A stretch of 64,000 bases of DNA from assembly GCA_964016885.1 (NCBI GenBank), contig OZ024746.1, positions 56,296,001-56,360,000 on the forward strand, read 5' to 3'. The notes under the pieces are model-generated. The model was given only the letters and a program-made list of their open reading frames with translations, was not told where the DNA came from and did not search any database. The position numbers were made by a program, and so were the translations under genes. Each line of letters starts with the position of its first letter. Position 1 is the first letter of the stretch. Positions 28,225 through 42,774 of the stretch are shown one piece after another. The stretch comes from Eledone cirrhosa. Taxonomy: Eukaryota.

Positions 28225-28968
28225 CGTTCAACAATCTGGCAGGAAGGTATACGTTGCTGACGATAGCTAATACGCTTGAAACTAGTACAGCGTTCCTTTG
28301 TCGGTGTTGAACAAACGAGCAACGATGGTTGCTAGACACTACGGCTTAATACGGGATGTTTGTTTATAAACACACCGAGCATTATAATAACTGTTCGGTG
28401 AATCCATACGTACATATATATATGTGTGCATGTATGTATATATATATATACATACTACTGTACGTCTGTATACATATATGTATGTACGGGTACATAATTA
28501 TATTTAAGTAACAGCCGTAATAAGAGTGGGAAATGAAATTTGGTTTAATTGTTTCCGTTTATCGTTTTCGGTGCACCCGATAGGCAAATTGGGCTACTCA
28601 GCCGTTAATATGCATAAGGTAAGTATATACTGTCAACAATCTGGCAGGAATGTATACGTTGCTGACGATAGATGGCTAATAAGCTTGAAACTAGTACAGC
28701 GTTCCTTTATCAGTGTTGAACAAACGAGCAACCTTGGTTGCTAGACACTACGGCTTAATACGGGATGTTTGCTTACAGACACACCGAGCATTATAATAAA
28801 TGTTCGGTGAATCCATACGTACATATATATATATGTGTGCATGTATGTATATATACATACTACTGTACGTCTGTATACATATATGTATGTACGGGTACAT
28901 ACTTATATTTAAGTAACTGCCGTACTAAGAGTGGGAAATGAAATTTCGTTTCATTTTTTTCCGTTTAT
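28222..28968 (+). repeat. Family A2 dimer, slightly diverged, with HHRs at 28251-28293 and 28656-28702
   Basis: Homologous to the 424-bp unit; TA-flanked. Confidence 0.9.
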
Positions 28969-29020
28969 ATAAATATATAAATATATATATTTATATATAT
29001 ATATATATTATATATATGTT

Positions 29021-29092
<72 letters not shown>

Positions 29093-29095
29093 GTT

Positions 29096-29141
<46 letters not shown>

Positions 29142-29146
29142 GTTTG

Positions 29147-29177
<31 letters not shown>

Positions 29178-29595
29178 TTATTAAAATAACAGATTAAAGT
29201 TTAAGCAAATAATCGCTGCTTTCACCCTTAACGGGATCTTCTGAAACAAAAAAAGTCAATCTGTGAACGAAGAAGTAAATATTTCAAAAAACGTTGCAAC
29301 CGAAGAAAGATAAGAAGACGATACTTTGGCTCGTGGAAACGTTCCATGGCAAAGAACGAAAAAAAAAAAAACGAAGATAATTCGTCATTATTTGGGGCGA
29401 TGAAAAAAATTACACGCAAAGACAAAACCACGTTTATGGTATAATTGAAGTCGTAGGCTAATTTTATAGGTTTATGGACACGTTATCTGGCAATGTACGG
29501 AAATAATACGTCATTATGTGAAGCAGTGAGAACAATTACACGCAAATATAAAACCACGTAAACGATATGACTGAAGTCGAAGAGTAAAATTCTAT
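29178..29595 (-). mobile_element. Solo 3' terminal repeat of the second PLE family (family D)
   Basis: Homologous to 51070-51485 and 57436-57825; HHR-like motif at 29198-29248. Confidence 0.8.
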
Positions 29596-29636
29596 TTCGC
29601 AAATCGAATAATTCTCGGCTACATATATCTATCTAG

Positions 29637-29891
29637 CTAGGGCGGGTAAAATTCCCGAGATCCCTGAACGAGTTCTCTCCAGCTGTCTCTGTACCTCATT
29701 ATCGCTGCCATGTCCTGCGTCACCACAGAACAGTTTCCTCTCTTTAGGGCGTCAACATATGTTAACCTTGGTCTTCCTCTTCCAGTGTGTCCATGTAGGG
29801 GCTCCCACAGGCGCACTGAGTGCAATGTCAACTCTGGATGTCGGTGAGCATGTCCAGCTAACCTCAGTTTCTTCTGTGTCACTTTTGAGCT

Positions 29892-29897
<6 letters not shown>
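29637..29897 (-). mobile_element. 3' end of an RTE-clade LINE
   Basis: KLRLAGHAHRHPE...WEPLHGHTGRGRPRLTYVD...WRELV followed by a stop and a short tandem tail. Confidence 0.85.
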
Positions 29898-29978
<81 letters not shown>

Positions 29979-29979
29979 T

Positions 29980-30482
29980 ATAATCAAGATTTAGCAAATA
30001 GAGAAAAAGTTTTTAAATAAATTTTTAAAGTTCGCTGTGCTTACTATATGGGTCTTTTACCGCGCGGTTTCACATCCCAAAATAAATGGATAATCCATGC
30101 GGACATCGATTGAGAAGGGGATTCTCGTCAGAAGGTTCTTCTCGTACGGAGAATATAAAATTCCAGAGTTCAAATCACAAACTGGCGCCATACAAAACTG
30201 TCTTTACAAACGGCACTAGACAAAATTGGTTCCTTCCTCATTCAATGTCATCAGGGAACAGTTTTGTATGGCGCCAGTTTGTGATTTCAACTCGGGAATT
30301 GTATATTCTCCAAGCGAGAAGAACCTTCTAACGAGAATCCCCTTCACAATGTATGTCCGCCTGGATTATCCACTTATTTTGGGATTTGAAACCTCGCGGT
30401 AAAGGTACATATAGTAACTACAGCGAACTTTTTAAAATTTATTTTAAAACTTTTACTCTATTTGCTAAACCTTGATTTTATA
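29980..30482. mobile_element. About 500-bp palindrome with divergent hammerheads (family E)
   Basis: 29980-30202 is the reverse complement of 30257-30482. HHR at 30053-30136 (-) has core CTGACGA; HHR at 30323-30406 (+) has mutated CTAACGA. Stem II aatccc/gggatt with a long loop; stem III ccgcgcgg. Confidence 0.85.
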
Positions 30483-30590
30483 TGTTCTAGCTCTTTAATT
30501 TATTAACCTACCATAGAACCACATTGGCATACGGTTGGATAATACTTGTATCCCTACGTGTATTTTTTACACATAGGAACACATACTTTA

Positions 30591-30647
<57 letters not shown>

Positions 30648-30705
30648 AAAAAGTATCACCCCGACGACAAAGCTCAAGCCGTTTCGACGGTTATTTCTGG
30701 ACTAT

Positions 30706-30789
<84 letters not shown>

Positions 30790-31189
30790 ATAATTATTAT
30801 TATAAACGTAAGATGAATGAAATAGCTTAAGATTCACACGCTCACATATATTTTATACATGTATGTGTATGTATTTACTTGACTGTGTGTAGGTTAGATA
30901 ATATAATTGGCAACATCATGTTTAATACAATTTGAAATCCTTATTGAAATTTAACAAAGTAGTTTAGAAGTATTCCGTTGTATATTCCATATGCGTGACT
31001 CATCTTCTGTCTATAGGATACAGGTAAAAGCTAATTTGAAGAAATATAACAACGGCTGAACCCAGTGAGAGATATGATTCAGGTTTTATAATATTCAGTA
31101 TTGAAAAATAGACATGACCACATTGCTATTAGAAAACAAAAGCATTGACAATGAAATTGAACTACTCGCTCATATATAAGTATATAAAC

Positions 31190-31307
<118 letters not shown>

Positions 31308-31424
31308 GGTAAACAGAAATAACAGCAAAATCGGAACAGTATATGGAAGGGTGTTCCAGCAGTTATGTTGCCACTTCCAGCTCGCCAGTGTATATCAATC
31401 CAGTTCATGTACATGATTGGTTCC

Positions 31425-31604
31425 ACCTTTTAGCACAAGACCAGTAATTAAACCAGTATATTACTGGTACATTATGTTATCGAATCCGTGAGGATGAAAG
31501 GCAAAGTTAACCTCGGCACAATTTGAACTTAGACGGCAAAGGAATATAACTCTATGCTCCAAAGTATGACGTCCGACCGTCTACCGATACTGCGAGTCCA
31601 CCGC
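31425..31604 (-). mobile_element. tRNA-derived SINE
   Basis: Reverse-complement homolog of 7796-7985. Confidence 0.85.
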
Positions 31605-31634
31605 GTAAATAATGAACAATAGAGGTGAGTGTAC

Positions 31635-32290
31635 TTACCCTTGGCGAAGGCCGATTCCCACATTGAATGGTTTTGATTTATCCGAACACAAACTTCGGGA
31701 CAGCAAGATGCTATCCATCGATCCTATACTCCTATATAACCTCCAACCGGAAATCCCAAGGAACGTAGTCATGTGGTTTGTCAAAGTTGAATAAAGAAGA
31801 ATATAAACGTTGGCTATACTACCACGATTTCTCGAAGCCCTGTCGCAGTGTGAATATCTAGTTGACTTTACTGCGTCCGAGGCGAAAATCACTTTTCATG
31901 AGCCAGCTTGGATTCGACAATATATCTGCATCTCTTTGCCAGTCACTTCACGTAGACTTTACCGGAGAAACTTAAGAAGGAGATACTTCTGTAAATTGAA
32001 CAATCTCTATTGTCTCCTTTTGGGGAAATTGTGATTATCATTGCCGATTGTCATTGCTTAGGTGCCTTGCCAGACATTCACGCCAAACACGAGTCAGCCA
32101 GAGAATACCTTCTTTATTTTCTGCTTTAACATATTGGGCTAGTTATCCTTTCCCCAGCGGCCCTGCAAAATTTGAGCTCTTTAAATGCTCCTGAGACGTC
32201 AGCCACTGAGAGATTAGTCCCGAATTTGGAGGCAACAGTATCTGCATAACTGATTCTGACCCCTTTTTTCCACCAGGGCTTCCCACATTT
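31635..32290 (-). mobile_element. RTE-type LINE RT fragment
   Basis: SKPFNVGIGLRQG motif and upstream RT-like sequence ([12 protein letters not shown]); frameshifted. Confidence 0.75.
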
Positions 32291-32397
32291 TATTGTAGGT
32301 CTATATATATATATATATAAACATGTTTCAGAGATGAACGTGTATATATATATATATATATATACATATATATATACACATATATATATATATATAT

Positions 32398-32483
<86 letters not shown>

Positions 32484-32485
<2 letters not shown>

Positions 32486-32710
32486 CGAAGGATGTGTGGT
32501 AAGGAACCAGATGGTCGCACCAGAGTACTCAGTACTTAGGGTAGTAGAGTGGGTAATAGGAAATGTTCAAGACCCTGACGGCAGAACTCAGGCCGTTTTT
32601 ACGGCTATTTCTAGACTCCAGAAACAGCCGTCTAGGCCAGAAATAACCGCCGAGTTCATAAAAAGCTGTCGAAACGGCTTGAGCTCTGCCGTCGGGGTCT
32701 TCAACATTTT

Positions 32711-32712
<2 letters not shown>
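32484..32712. repeat. TA-flanked inverted element with the 3' half of a hammerhead
   Basis: Arms about 32558-32617 and 32636-32712. Right arm reads GAAA cggc ttgagctct gccg TC ggggtc; no CUGANGA found. Confidence 0.6.
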
Positions 32713-32770
<58 letters not shown>

Positions 32771-33506
32771 TATACACGCTCATCTCTGAAACATGTTTTT
32801 CGTTGAGCTAAAAGATATAAAGTCCATATATGTGTTCTTAGAAGTGCAGCATGAACATTTGTATCTGCGCGTTGAGTGTGTTTGCAAGTGATGAGGGGGT
32901 CACCTTCTTCTGATGTTATTCTAAGCTAATATACGATTACCTTTACCTTAAAATAATAATAAATTAATTCGATAACATTATATTATTTTATTGTCTGAAT
33001 AAATATATAAATATTGGAAATGTTGGGGTTTTGACACACATTTTAATAAGCGCAAATAAATTCGCTTCGTGCTTGTAGAATGAAGTAAATTATTTTTTTA
33101 TACTTACTCGATACAGATATTGATGTTACCTGCCTAAAGATGAAAGACTATCAATTCTTCTCTCTTTGCTGGAGCATTTCTATACTTATGATTCGCGAAA
33201 GCCACTTACTGTTTCTTTACTCTGAAATAACCATTATGTGGGAAGACTGTAAACTAATAAATTGTAAAGAACTTAATGAAATGTTTTCTAGAACCCACAA
33301 GAACCATCTTGAAGTAAACTCAGCTGACACGGTAGATGATATAAATTGATTATATGCGTTCGATAATGTCGACAATGAACCATCAACACGCTCACAATGA
33401 ACTTAGGCATAGAATATTTCCTTACAATTCTTACAGCATGCATAGAGCCTCAGTATATATATATATAGATAGATGTGTGTGTGTGTTTCTTTCTCTCTCG
33501 TGATAT

Positions 33507-33567
<61 letters not shown>

Positions 33568-33905
33568 CTGTCTATTAAAGCAAGAGCTAAAACATCCCAG
33601 TCTTTGATCGATTAAATAAATGCGAGAGGAACGTAATTTATACAATAGCATCAAAGGATTGCTTGAAGTAGGTTGCATTGAATGGGGAAACAGAGTTACG
33701 TGAGTTGCATTACTTAAGAAGTTCATTGACATCTTAGGGTACAAGGTTCAAATTGTTGCCGTTCATTATTTCAGCAATTCCGCAAATGCCAACATGGCTT
33801 CCTTACCATATATATATATGCATATATATAAATGGATATGTACACAGAAAAATACACATAGACACACACACAGGCACACACACATTCACACACAGACACA
33901 CACAC

Positions 33906-33980
<75 letters not shown>

Positions 33981-34356
33981 CATATATATATATATATATA
34001 TTTGTTTTGTTTTTTTGCATCCATTTATTTGAACACTATATCACGAGAAACGTCTTCGTGGCTTCATGAATAAAGCATTATAGTTGAAATGAAATGGTAA
34101 CTGACTGTCAACAAGCGTGTGTGATATTAGGCCATAATGATATGGATACTAGCTTTCGCATTGTTCGGTATATAAATGATGAGATAACTCTATGGCAATA
34201 TCTTAAAGAATAACCTGTCTGAATGAAACCTATATAACATTTATTGCGTTGAAAAGAAAAAAAACTATTTCAAACTATAAACGTTTATCATCTTCCATAG
34301 AGAGAACATAAAGTGCCGCAGGTAAAATATAGGACTTAATGTGATATATCGGAATT

Positions 34357-34468
<112 letters not shown>

Positions 34469-34487
34469 CTCTCACTATCTCTCTCTT

Positions 34488-34630
<143 letters not shown>

Positions 34631-34656
34631 AATTACATATATACATATATATATAT

Positions 34657-34696
<40 letters not shown>

Positions 34697-36104
34697 TTAA
34701 TACCTGAGTATGTGTATATATATATACACACACACACACACATATATATGTGCGTGTGTGTGTGTGTGTGTATACGTATGTATGTATAAATATAAATAAA
34801 TATGTATATATATTATAATAATTACATATATGCATCCTATTAATGTATGTCGTCTTATGCTTGAAATTTAATTTGGGATTGCAAATATTGACGATATACG
34901 TTTTCTAAACCGATAATCACTTGCAATATGAAATAAAATGTATGTATATCTATAAATATAAATATATATACATATATAATAAATGAATAAAAATAAAATA
35001 AGTCATAATACTACATTTATATTAATGAATCAAAGGTTGAAAATTAAACAAAAATAGATAGGAGAATATTTATAAGATAAACATTATTACGTGCTTCCTT
35101 CTAACTTTAATACTGCCGAGAAATTTAGAAATGTATAGTGTTGTCTTATATAAATATATATTATATATAAAATCTGAAAGAAGGCCAATATTAGCGAGAG
35201 CTTCAATGTAGTTTCCTGATAATTGAGAAGTTAAAGAGAAAAAGTAAAATAACGTAATTAACTTCATCGTGGTGTAGTTTGATCCTTAGAATTCCCAAAA
35301 GCCTGCTGCTCTGCAGATAAGATTTAAATTTATTTTAATACAAGCTTAAGTGTAATTCCACTGTGCATTGTTAATATAGTTTTATCTTTATCGAATCCAT
35401 GTATCGAAAATTGGATTTAAAATAATTGGAATAGGAGCATTAAAGAAAGCCCTGAAAAGAGGTGAAGAATTCGCGGTTTTATTACTTAAATTATACTTTG
35501 GTTATGTTGATTGCTTTAAAATTATTTTTTTGATTCTTCCTTTTTGGGTTCTTTTTTTTTTTTTTGAAGCTTCAACTCTGATTCGGATGTAAATTTCTGA
35601 TAAATGTTGAATGTAATTTTTGTCATATAATATGGGTGAACAATTAGATTGGATATAAATGTTATTTATTCTTTTGCTGACTTTGATATGGAAATATGGA
35701 AACTTGGCAGAGTCACTAAAGCCCCGGATAAATGGGTTGCGGAAATTTAGTTTGCAATTTACGTTCAGATTAGAAAAGCTACCGATGTAAATTTTATCAT
35801 TCTTTTCACCTAGGTTGATTCAATAAACATAAGATCAATTACTATTGGCGATGTAATCGAATTGTAAACAACAGAAAAACTGGTCTGGCCTTAATGTAGT
35901 GCAGGCTGAGTCGGGCATTTATTTTCATACTGTGGTCAATTGACAACAACCTAACGTCAAACAATCTATCTAACTTGCTTATTGTAATGTGCATAGTTTA
36001 GTTGACGATAATGTTATTCAAAGATCAGTGAGAAGGAAAGCATTGTTTATTTGTGAAATGAAAAGATAGTCATCAGACAGTAAAGCTCTCTTTCTAAAAC
36101 TCAC

Positions 36105-36233
36105 AAATACAGGGATGGTCATCTCAAAGAAAGTGGATGTTGTCTCAGTTTCGTTTGGAAAGGTGTAGCGGGGGCTCAAAGTAGCTGTCTTGGCTTTAAG
36201 ATACTCTCTAATTTCTTCATTGTTCGTCTGCAC
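36105..36233 (-). CDS. Candidate host exon (VQTNNEEIREYLKAKTATLSPRYTFPNETETTSTFFEMTIPVF)
   Basis: Strong polypyrimidine acceptor ctctctttctttttttag, gtgagt donor, 129 nt; only frame 0 is open. Confidence 0.55.
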
Positions 36234-37084
36234 CTAAAAAAAGAAAGAGAGATGCATTACAGCAATACGTGTTTACGCTCTCACAATGTCACACACATAT
36301 GTATTACAGTTCTACAACAAACATGGAGTATCAGTGAACAATATGCCAGCTTCTGTTAAACTAATTGGATCTGATTTCATGATAGTTTCTGCTTTGTGTA
36401 AATATGTTTGTAGGAATATGTATCCGAAATGGTGTTTAAACCCTGACCGAGCTCTAAGCATTGTCATCTCACTAAATGATTACATTTTAATTTTAAAATG
36501 TGATGCAAAAGCTGTACGTAGTGTGCGCACTATGTGGTAGGTAGAGTGAACTCATCATCGGTTAGACATTGCTAAAGTCAACATAATGATAATACCAAAA
36601 GCTAAATTATCATGAAATAAACATAACGTGACAAATTTGAAGACTTTCGATACTATACACAATGTTCGGGTCAAGTGTGATATTATCTAAGGCATTAGAT
36701 AATATCACACTTGGCTCGAGGGGGATTTAGGAATATTTTATGTTAAAGGGTTTCTAGGAAGCGTCTGCTTCAGTGGGTTATAGATAGCTATTCTGAAATG
36801 AGACTGTCTTAAGGACAAACAGAATGTAGATCGAAATGCCCTGTCTCCATTACTCAATCCTAATTCTTAGGGTTCTCATAAGTAACTAAAAACAGCGGTG
36901 GAAAATCTTTTGAGAATCCTTAAGTAGCAATGGTGTTATGACAAATGAGGTTGCCGTTAGCAGGGATAGTAAGATATTCCTTCTGTTACATTAAAACATG
37001 TATGGTGTAGATTCCTCTTCAATACCTCCTATAAAGATTGTAGTCTGTCCGTCCTTCTTGACTGATATTATTTTGATTCTGAAG

Positions 37085-37278
37085 GCGGGGAATTGGCATA
37101 ATCTGTGGAGGGTTGGACACCATGCTTTGCAGCAAAGTGTTACGGCCTTTTACGAGGTAACTTTGGTTTTCGTTATCGAGGGTAACTTTGCTTTTCATCC
37201 TTACGGGGTAGATAACATGAAGCACCAGTAATGCTCTGGGATAATTGGTGGCCTGGTGCCAAAAGTAGAAACAATTAT
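37085..37278 (+). mobile_element. tRNA-derived SINE
   Basis: Homolog of 7796-7985. Confidence 0.85.
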
Positions 37279-38132
37279 TTTGATTCTGAATCGTTGAGTA
37301 GAACATTTCTCTGTGCTACATTTTAAACCCATTAAGTGTCAACATAAATATTATTGAATCAATTGAAAGCTACATAATTATTGATGAAATGGCTTGAACC
37401 ATATAAACATGATATTACTCCTGCTGTACAAAACCCCAATGACAATAAATCTCCTCACACGAAAGATATTAATGCTGAGGTTTTCAAGAATGAAGGTGAA
37501 AAAACGGTAGAAAATTAACATATATCCTATTAGAGAAAGTAGTAAGTACCAGAAGACAGGATTATTATCTTGGTTTCCCTTTTCAAATTCGGTGCAAAAA
37601 CAATAATGTGGCAAATTTTAGAGACATTTCTCTATAGTCTGCTTTCGGTATGGTTCCAGTTTTTGTCCTTTCTGAAAAGCTTCATAAGTTTATAATGTCA
37701 AAAGTCATATCATAATCTCAATGCGAGTTTCGTGTGAAATGAAGCACAGATGATCTGATCTTCACAATTAGCAATTGCAGTCAAAGATGTATCGATCACA
37801 ACCCCCCTCTCTTCTCTCTCTCTCTCTCACTGCCATAGCTTTGTTTAGTTCAGTAAGGCAGTCAGTACTGTTAATAAGGAAGACCATATGGCTGGTGTCG
37901 TCTAAATGTAGTTGCATTCAAATAATATTTATTTATTTCCTTTACCGATTTCACAGTTCTCATGGTTTTCAGAAGTAAAATTGAGATGGAGGGTTTGTGT
38001 TTCAAAACAAAAGAGAAACACAGACCCTGCATTTCAATTTTACTTTTTAATAGCATAAAAACTGTGAAACAGGTAAACTAAATAAATACATTTTCTTAAA
38101 AGTCTCCATTTGCATTTTCAATTTCTTTTCCT

Positions 38133-38254
<122 letters not shown>

Positions 38255-39126
38255 TATGTGTGTGTGAGAGTGTATATATGTATGCGTGTGTGTGTGTGTT
38301 TGTGTGTGCCAGTGTGTTTGTGTATTCCAAACTAAACATGTTTATATGCAAAAATAAAAGTCAAGTACATTTATTATATTCTGTTATTATTCTTAGATAC
38401 AAAGAGACTGCTTTTATGGGTATAAGAGAATAGAATTTCGTACGAATCACTCTATGCATTATATGCTATATATTCTATCTAACCAAAATGGTGAACCTTT
38501 AGAAGCAGCAATAAAAACGTCGAGATTGCGGGTGAGTCAATATATTCCAGATTTCTCTGGGAATAATTCCATTATAGAGAAACATTATATTTTCTTGCAA
38601 TGACGTTGGTATAAGTTTGGGAGCAGTAAGTAGCAAATGCTTATTTAATAACAATCCGACCAAGATCAATTATGATTCTATGAAACTAAATCATACATTT
38701 TAAATGGATCCTATATGAATTAACATCTCCCACATAATGCTATACGGAAATCATATGCTATGTTACGAAATATGTAATGAAACAATTAATAATTTAGTAA
38801 ATCAATCAAAATGTCCGAACAATTAATAGAAATGATGCATGATTATTAAGAATGGATTAAAGTGTCAGGGCCATCTTTCGAGCATATCTAGGGACGATTT
38901 GTTGTGGTTTTAGTTAACATGAGATTTTATCAAATGAAACCGATTTTCAGAAGAAGATTCCACAAATGCTTAATTACATAAAGAAAAGATTTACAGTATC
39001 CCTGGTGTTGGAATATGTCTATCATGAAATGGAAGTGAATGTCATTCCAAGATTACATTTGAATTAATAATACTAATACTATTACTACTACTACTACTAC
39101 TAATAATAATACTAATAATAAAAATA

Positions 39127-39159
<33 letters not shown>

Positions 39160-39543
39160 ATATAATAACAACAATATATTAACAACAATATAACAACAAC
39201 AACAAAAATGATAATAATAATACAATCCATAACAATAACAAAAAAGAGAAAAAATGAAGAAGAGGAAAAATGTATTTTCTATTCAGCTTCTATCATTAGC
39301 GTTAACAAATGCAGTGAGTAAGGCAGGAAAAGCCCCCAGCAACAATAGAGGAACGATTAAAAGATTTTCATCGCCTGGGGCCTGAAAATATTATATTGTA
39401 AAATGTAAAATTACAATTTATATCTACAGAGAATACATCAGAAAAATTATTAAACATTTCCAATGGCAATACGGAAAAGTAAAATTTCAGGAAATATTTT
39501 TTTGACAAAACAGTATTCTACACATTGGCATACACACACAGAG

Positions 39544-39617
<74 letters not shown>

Positions 39618-40047
39618 GTGTGTGTGTGTGTGTGTGTGTGTGTCTATGTGTGTGTGTGTGTATGGGTTTTGTGTATGTGTTTGTGTGCATGTGTGTGTGA
39701 GTGAGTATTTGTGTGTATGAGATCATGATATATATATTTAGACACAAATCGACGTGTGGGTGTCGGTGTACGTGTTTTCATATATATATATATTTCTAAG
39801 GAAATATATATATATATGTACGTATATATATATATATGTGTGTGTGTGTATATATGCGCATATATGTATACTTATATTCATGCATATATATATATATATA
39901 TGTACACACAAATACGTTTCATAAATATTATAGAATATATTGCTATAGATATGTTTCAAATCCAATTTAACGTGTAGCGTATGTATGTGCAGATACGTGT
40001 ATTCTGTAGTGACCATCTATGTAGATGATACGATATTCATTTATATA

Positions 40048-40096
<49 letters not shown>

Positions 40097-40151
40097 TTTC
40101 TGAATTTGTTTAGCAATATTCTTATATACATATAAAATATACACATACAAT

Positions 40152-40226
<75 letters not shown>

Positions 40227-40258
40227 TTATATGTATATATTTATATACACACACATAT

Positions 40259-40304
<46 letters not shown>

Positions 40305-40400
40305 GTATATTACAATTGTAGAAGCTATTTTGCGTGGAACATGAGAATCGGGCTATATTGTTTCATATGTTTATATGCTTTAGATTAATTTCTAACTTAC

Positions 40401-40511
40401 CCTTGAGGATTTCACTCCTACGCATACATTACTGACTTGTTTATATCCCATATCCTCTCTTACATTCATTGCTTTTTCATTTCCTTGTTCGTCTTCTCTC
40501 CCGCCGATACC
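40401..40511 (-). CDS. Candidate host exon (GIGGREDEQGNEKAMNVREDMGYKQVSNVCVGVKSSR)
   Basis: Strong gtaagt donor, weak tgtag acceptor, 111 nt open in phase 0-0. Confidence 0.3.
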
Positions 40512-40581
40512 CTACATACATCAATATTCATATATATTTAATTCTATGTATGTATTTACCTGTTTCTCTCTCTCTGTATAA

Positions 40582-40612
<31 letters not shown>

Positions 40613-40619
40613 CATAAAC

Positions 40620-40701
<82 letters not shown>

Positions 40702-40776
40702 TTAGATATATATACATAAATATATATATATACATAGACATATATATATATACATAAACATATATATACATATATA

Positions 40777-40814
<38 letters not shown>

Positions 40815-41184
40815 CATGCATACATACATACATACATATATATATATTTATACGAAAAAATATATGTACAAATGCCAAATCACATTCGTGTACATACACA
40901 TATGTAAACAACATATAGTTATTTATTTAATCCAGTGAGGCCTTTGAATTAATGGCTTTAGCATCTTTTAAGATGAAAACTGGAGTTTAATAGAACACGT
41001 AATTATGTTCTAATAATAGTTGAAATACTTAAAACCAATTTAGAATTCAATTTGGAATAAACAATCTCAAATTGGTCTAAGATGTCTACCGTAGAAAATT
41101 TCCAATGGAGGTTTCCTTCAGCTTCAGTAAATTATATTTTTTTGTGTCTGCATTGTTTATATTATTATGGTTTTCATATGCATA

Positions 41185-41255
41185 TATTATTACTATTGTT
41201 AGTGTTGTTATTGCCATTATTATTATCATTATTGTTATTATTATTATTATCATTA

Positions 41256-41329
<74 letters not shown>

Positions 41330-41345
41330 ATTATTATTATTATAT
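41185..41345. repeat. (ATT)n microsatellite
   Basis: Direct sequence. Confidence 0.95.
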
Positions 41346-41663
41346 ATGGTAATAGATTTAATGCATTTTTTTTTATTTTGATTTTGATTTTCAGAAATTT
41401 CGAATATATTTTATCTTGTTTTCACTGACAATATTTTATTCTATTCAATATTCAGCATCATTACTGAATCTTGTTTAGTTTTCCTTAAATCTAAATATAT
41501 ATTCTGGCTATGTTATAAAGCATCTTGGGAAATATATATATATAAACACATAATGCATATACATAGTTTCTAGTATGGATTTATAAATATACGCGGGCAA
41601 GACAAAATTTATCTGCATTTTCACCAAGCCTGTCGTGGATTATTTGATAGGCAAATCGATGAA

Positions 41664-41822
41664 TAATTGTTTCTACATTTGGCACAAGGCCAGCAATGAT
41701 CGCAGTGAATTACTGGTAATTTATTTATCGACCTCGTAAGGATAATGGCAACAGTTAACCTCGGTGGGATTTTAACTCAAACCATAAAGCATGGCGTCCG
41801 ACACTCTACAGATATGCCGTTC
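41664..41822 (-). mobile_element. tRNA-derived SINE
   Basis: Reverse-complement homolog of 7796-7985. Confidence 0.8.
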
Positions 41823-42299
41823 GATGTATAATATGCTGAGAACATGCTACTACACCGATGATACCTCGCGGGTTCGCCATTACCATCATTCGAGTTGGTT
41901 AAATGTTCTCGTCATTGGTAAGATTGACGGACGTCCAGCGTCATATTCGTACACCACAATTATACAGCCAATTTTAGAATTCCCGATACACTCATACACA
42001 GTTCTACGCCGCATTGTAATGACTCAGTATTGTGTTAAAGGCCAAGGATGAATTTCAACACCTAACATATCTTCCGACCAGAAAATCAGATCATTGGTTT
42101 TAGTTCTTCCTTGGTGTCCATTTCTAACCGAGTGGCCATGCATACACTGTAAGGGCAGCAGGAAATCAGGCATGATGAAGCTCAAACATCGAACACGTGG
42201 ATACAATAGTACAATGTATATGCGCACACTAGCGGGGGTAGAGTGAGGAACCTAAATATATGTTATGTCGAAAGCGCAGTTAAATTTAGACTTACTCCC

Positions 42300-42365
<66 letters not shown>

Positions 42366-42370
<5 letters not shown>

Positions 42371-42500
42371 ATATTAACAAATGGAAACAATATTTATAAA
42401 ACCATAATTATTTTATTATATATATTTTAAGGGCAACCAAGGTAGATTATGGTGCGCTTTCATCAGATAACATACAGATTTGTTTTATAAATAAATATTG
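42366..42500 (-). repeat. Degenerate family B copy with decayed hammerhead
   Basis: Homologous to 27316-27452; CTGATGA retained, GAAA mutated to TAAA. Confidence 0.7.
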
Positions 42501-42774
42501 ACATACCCGGAAAAAAGACAACCTCAACGGTTGAAATTCGCTGGATAGTGGAGATAATTGAGGGTGATATATATGTAATATATTTTATATTTACTCCACT
42601 AACTAGTTGGGTGCTTTATATCAGTTATAACATGTTTAAGCTTGTGGAATCCCAACAAATTAAATATAACCTCTGCATATATATATATATATATACATAT
42701 ACTCACATTCTCACTCAAACAGGCGCACTGTCACACAAACACGTCTATCTATTTACCTATCTATCTATCTATCT

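Noticed and set aside
36105-36233. Resemblance of this exon to the N-terminus of Cys-loop or chemotactile receptors
   Set aside because: Only a vague similarity; no Cys-loop or transmembrane exons were found.
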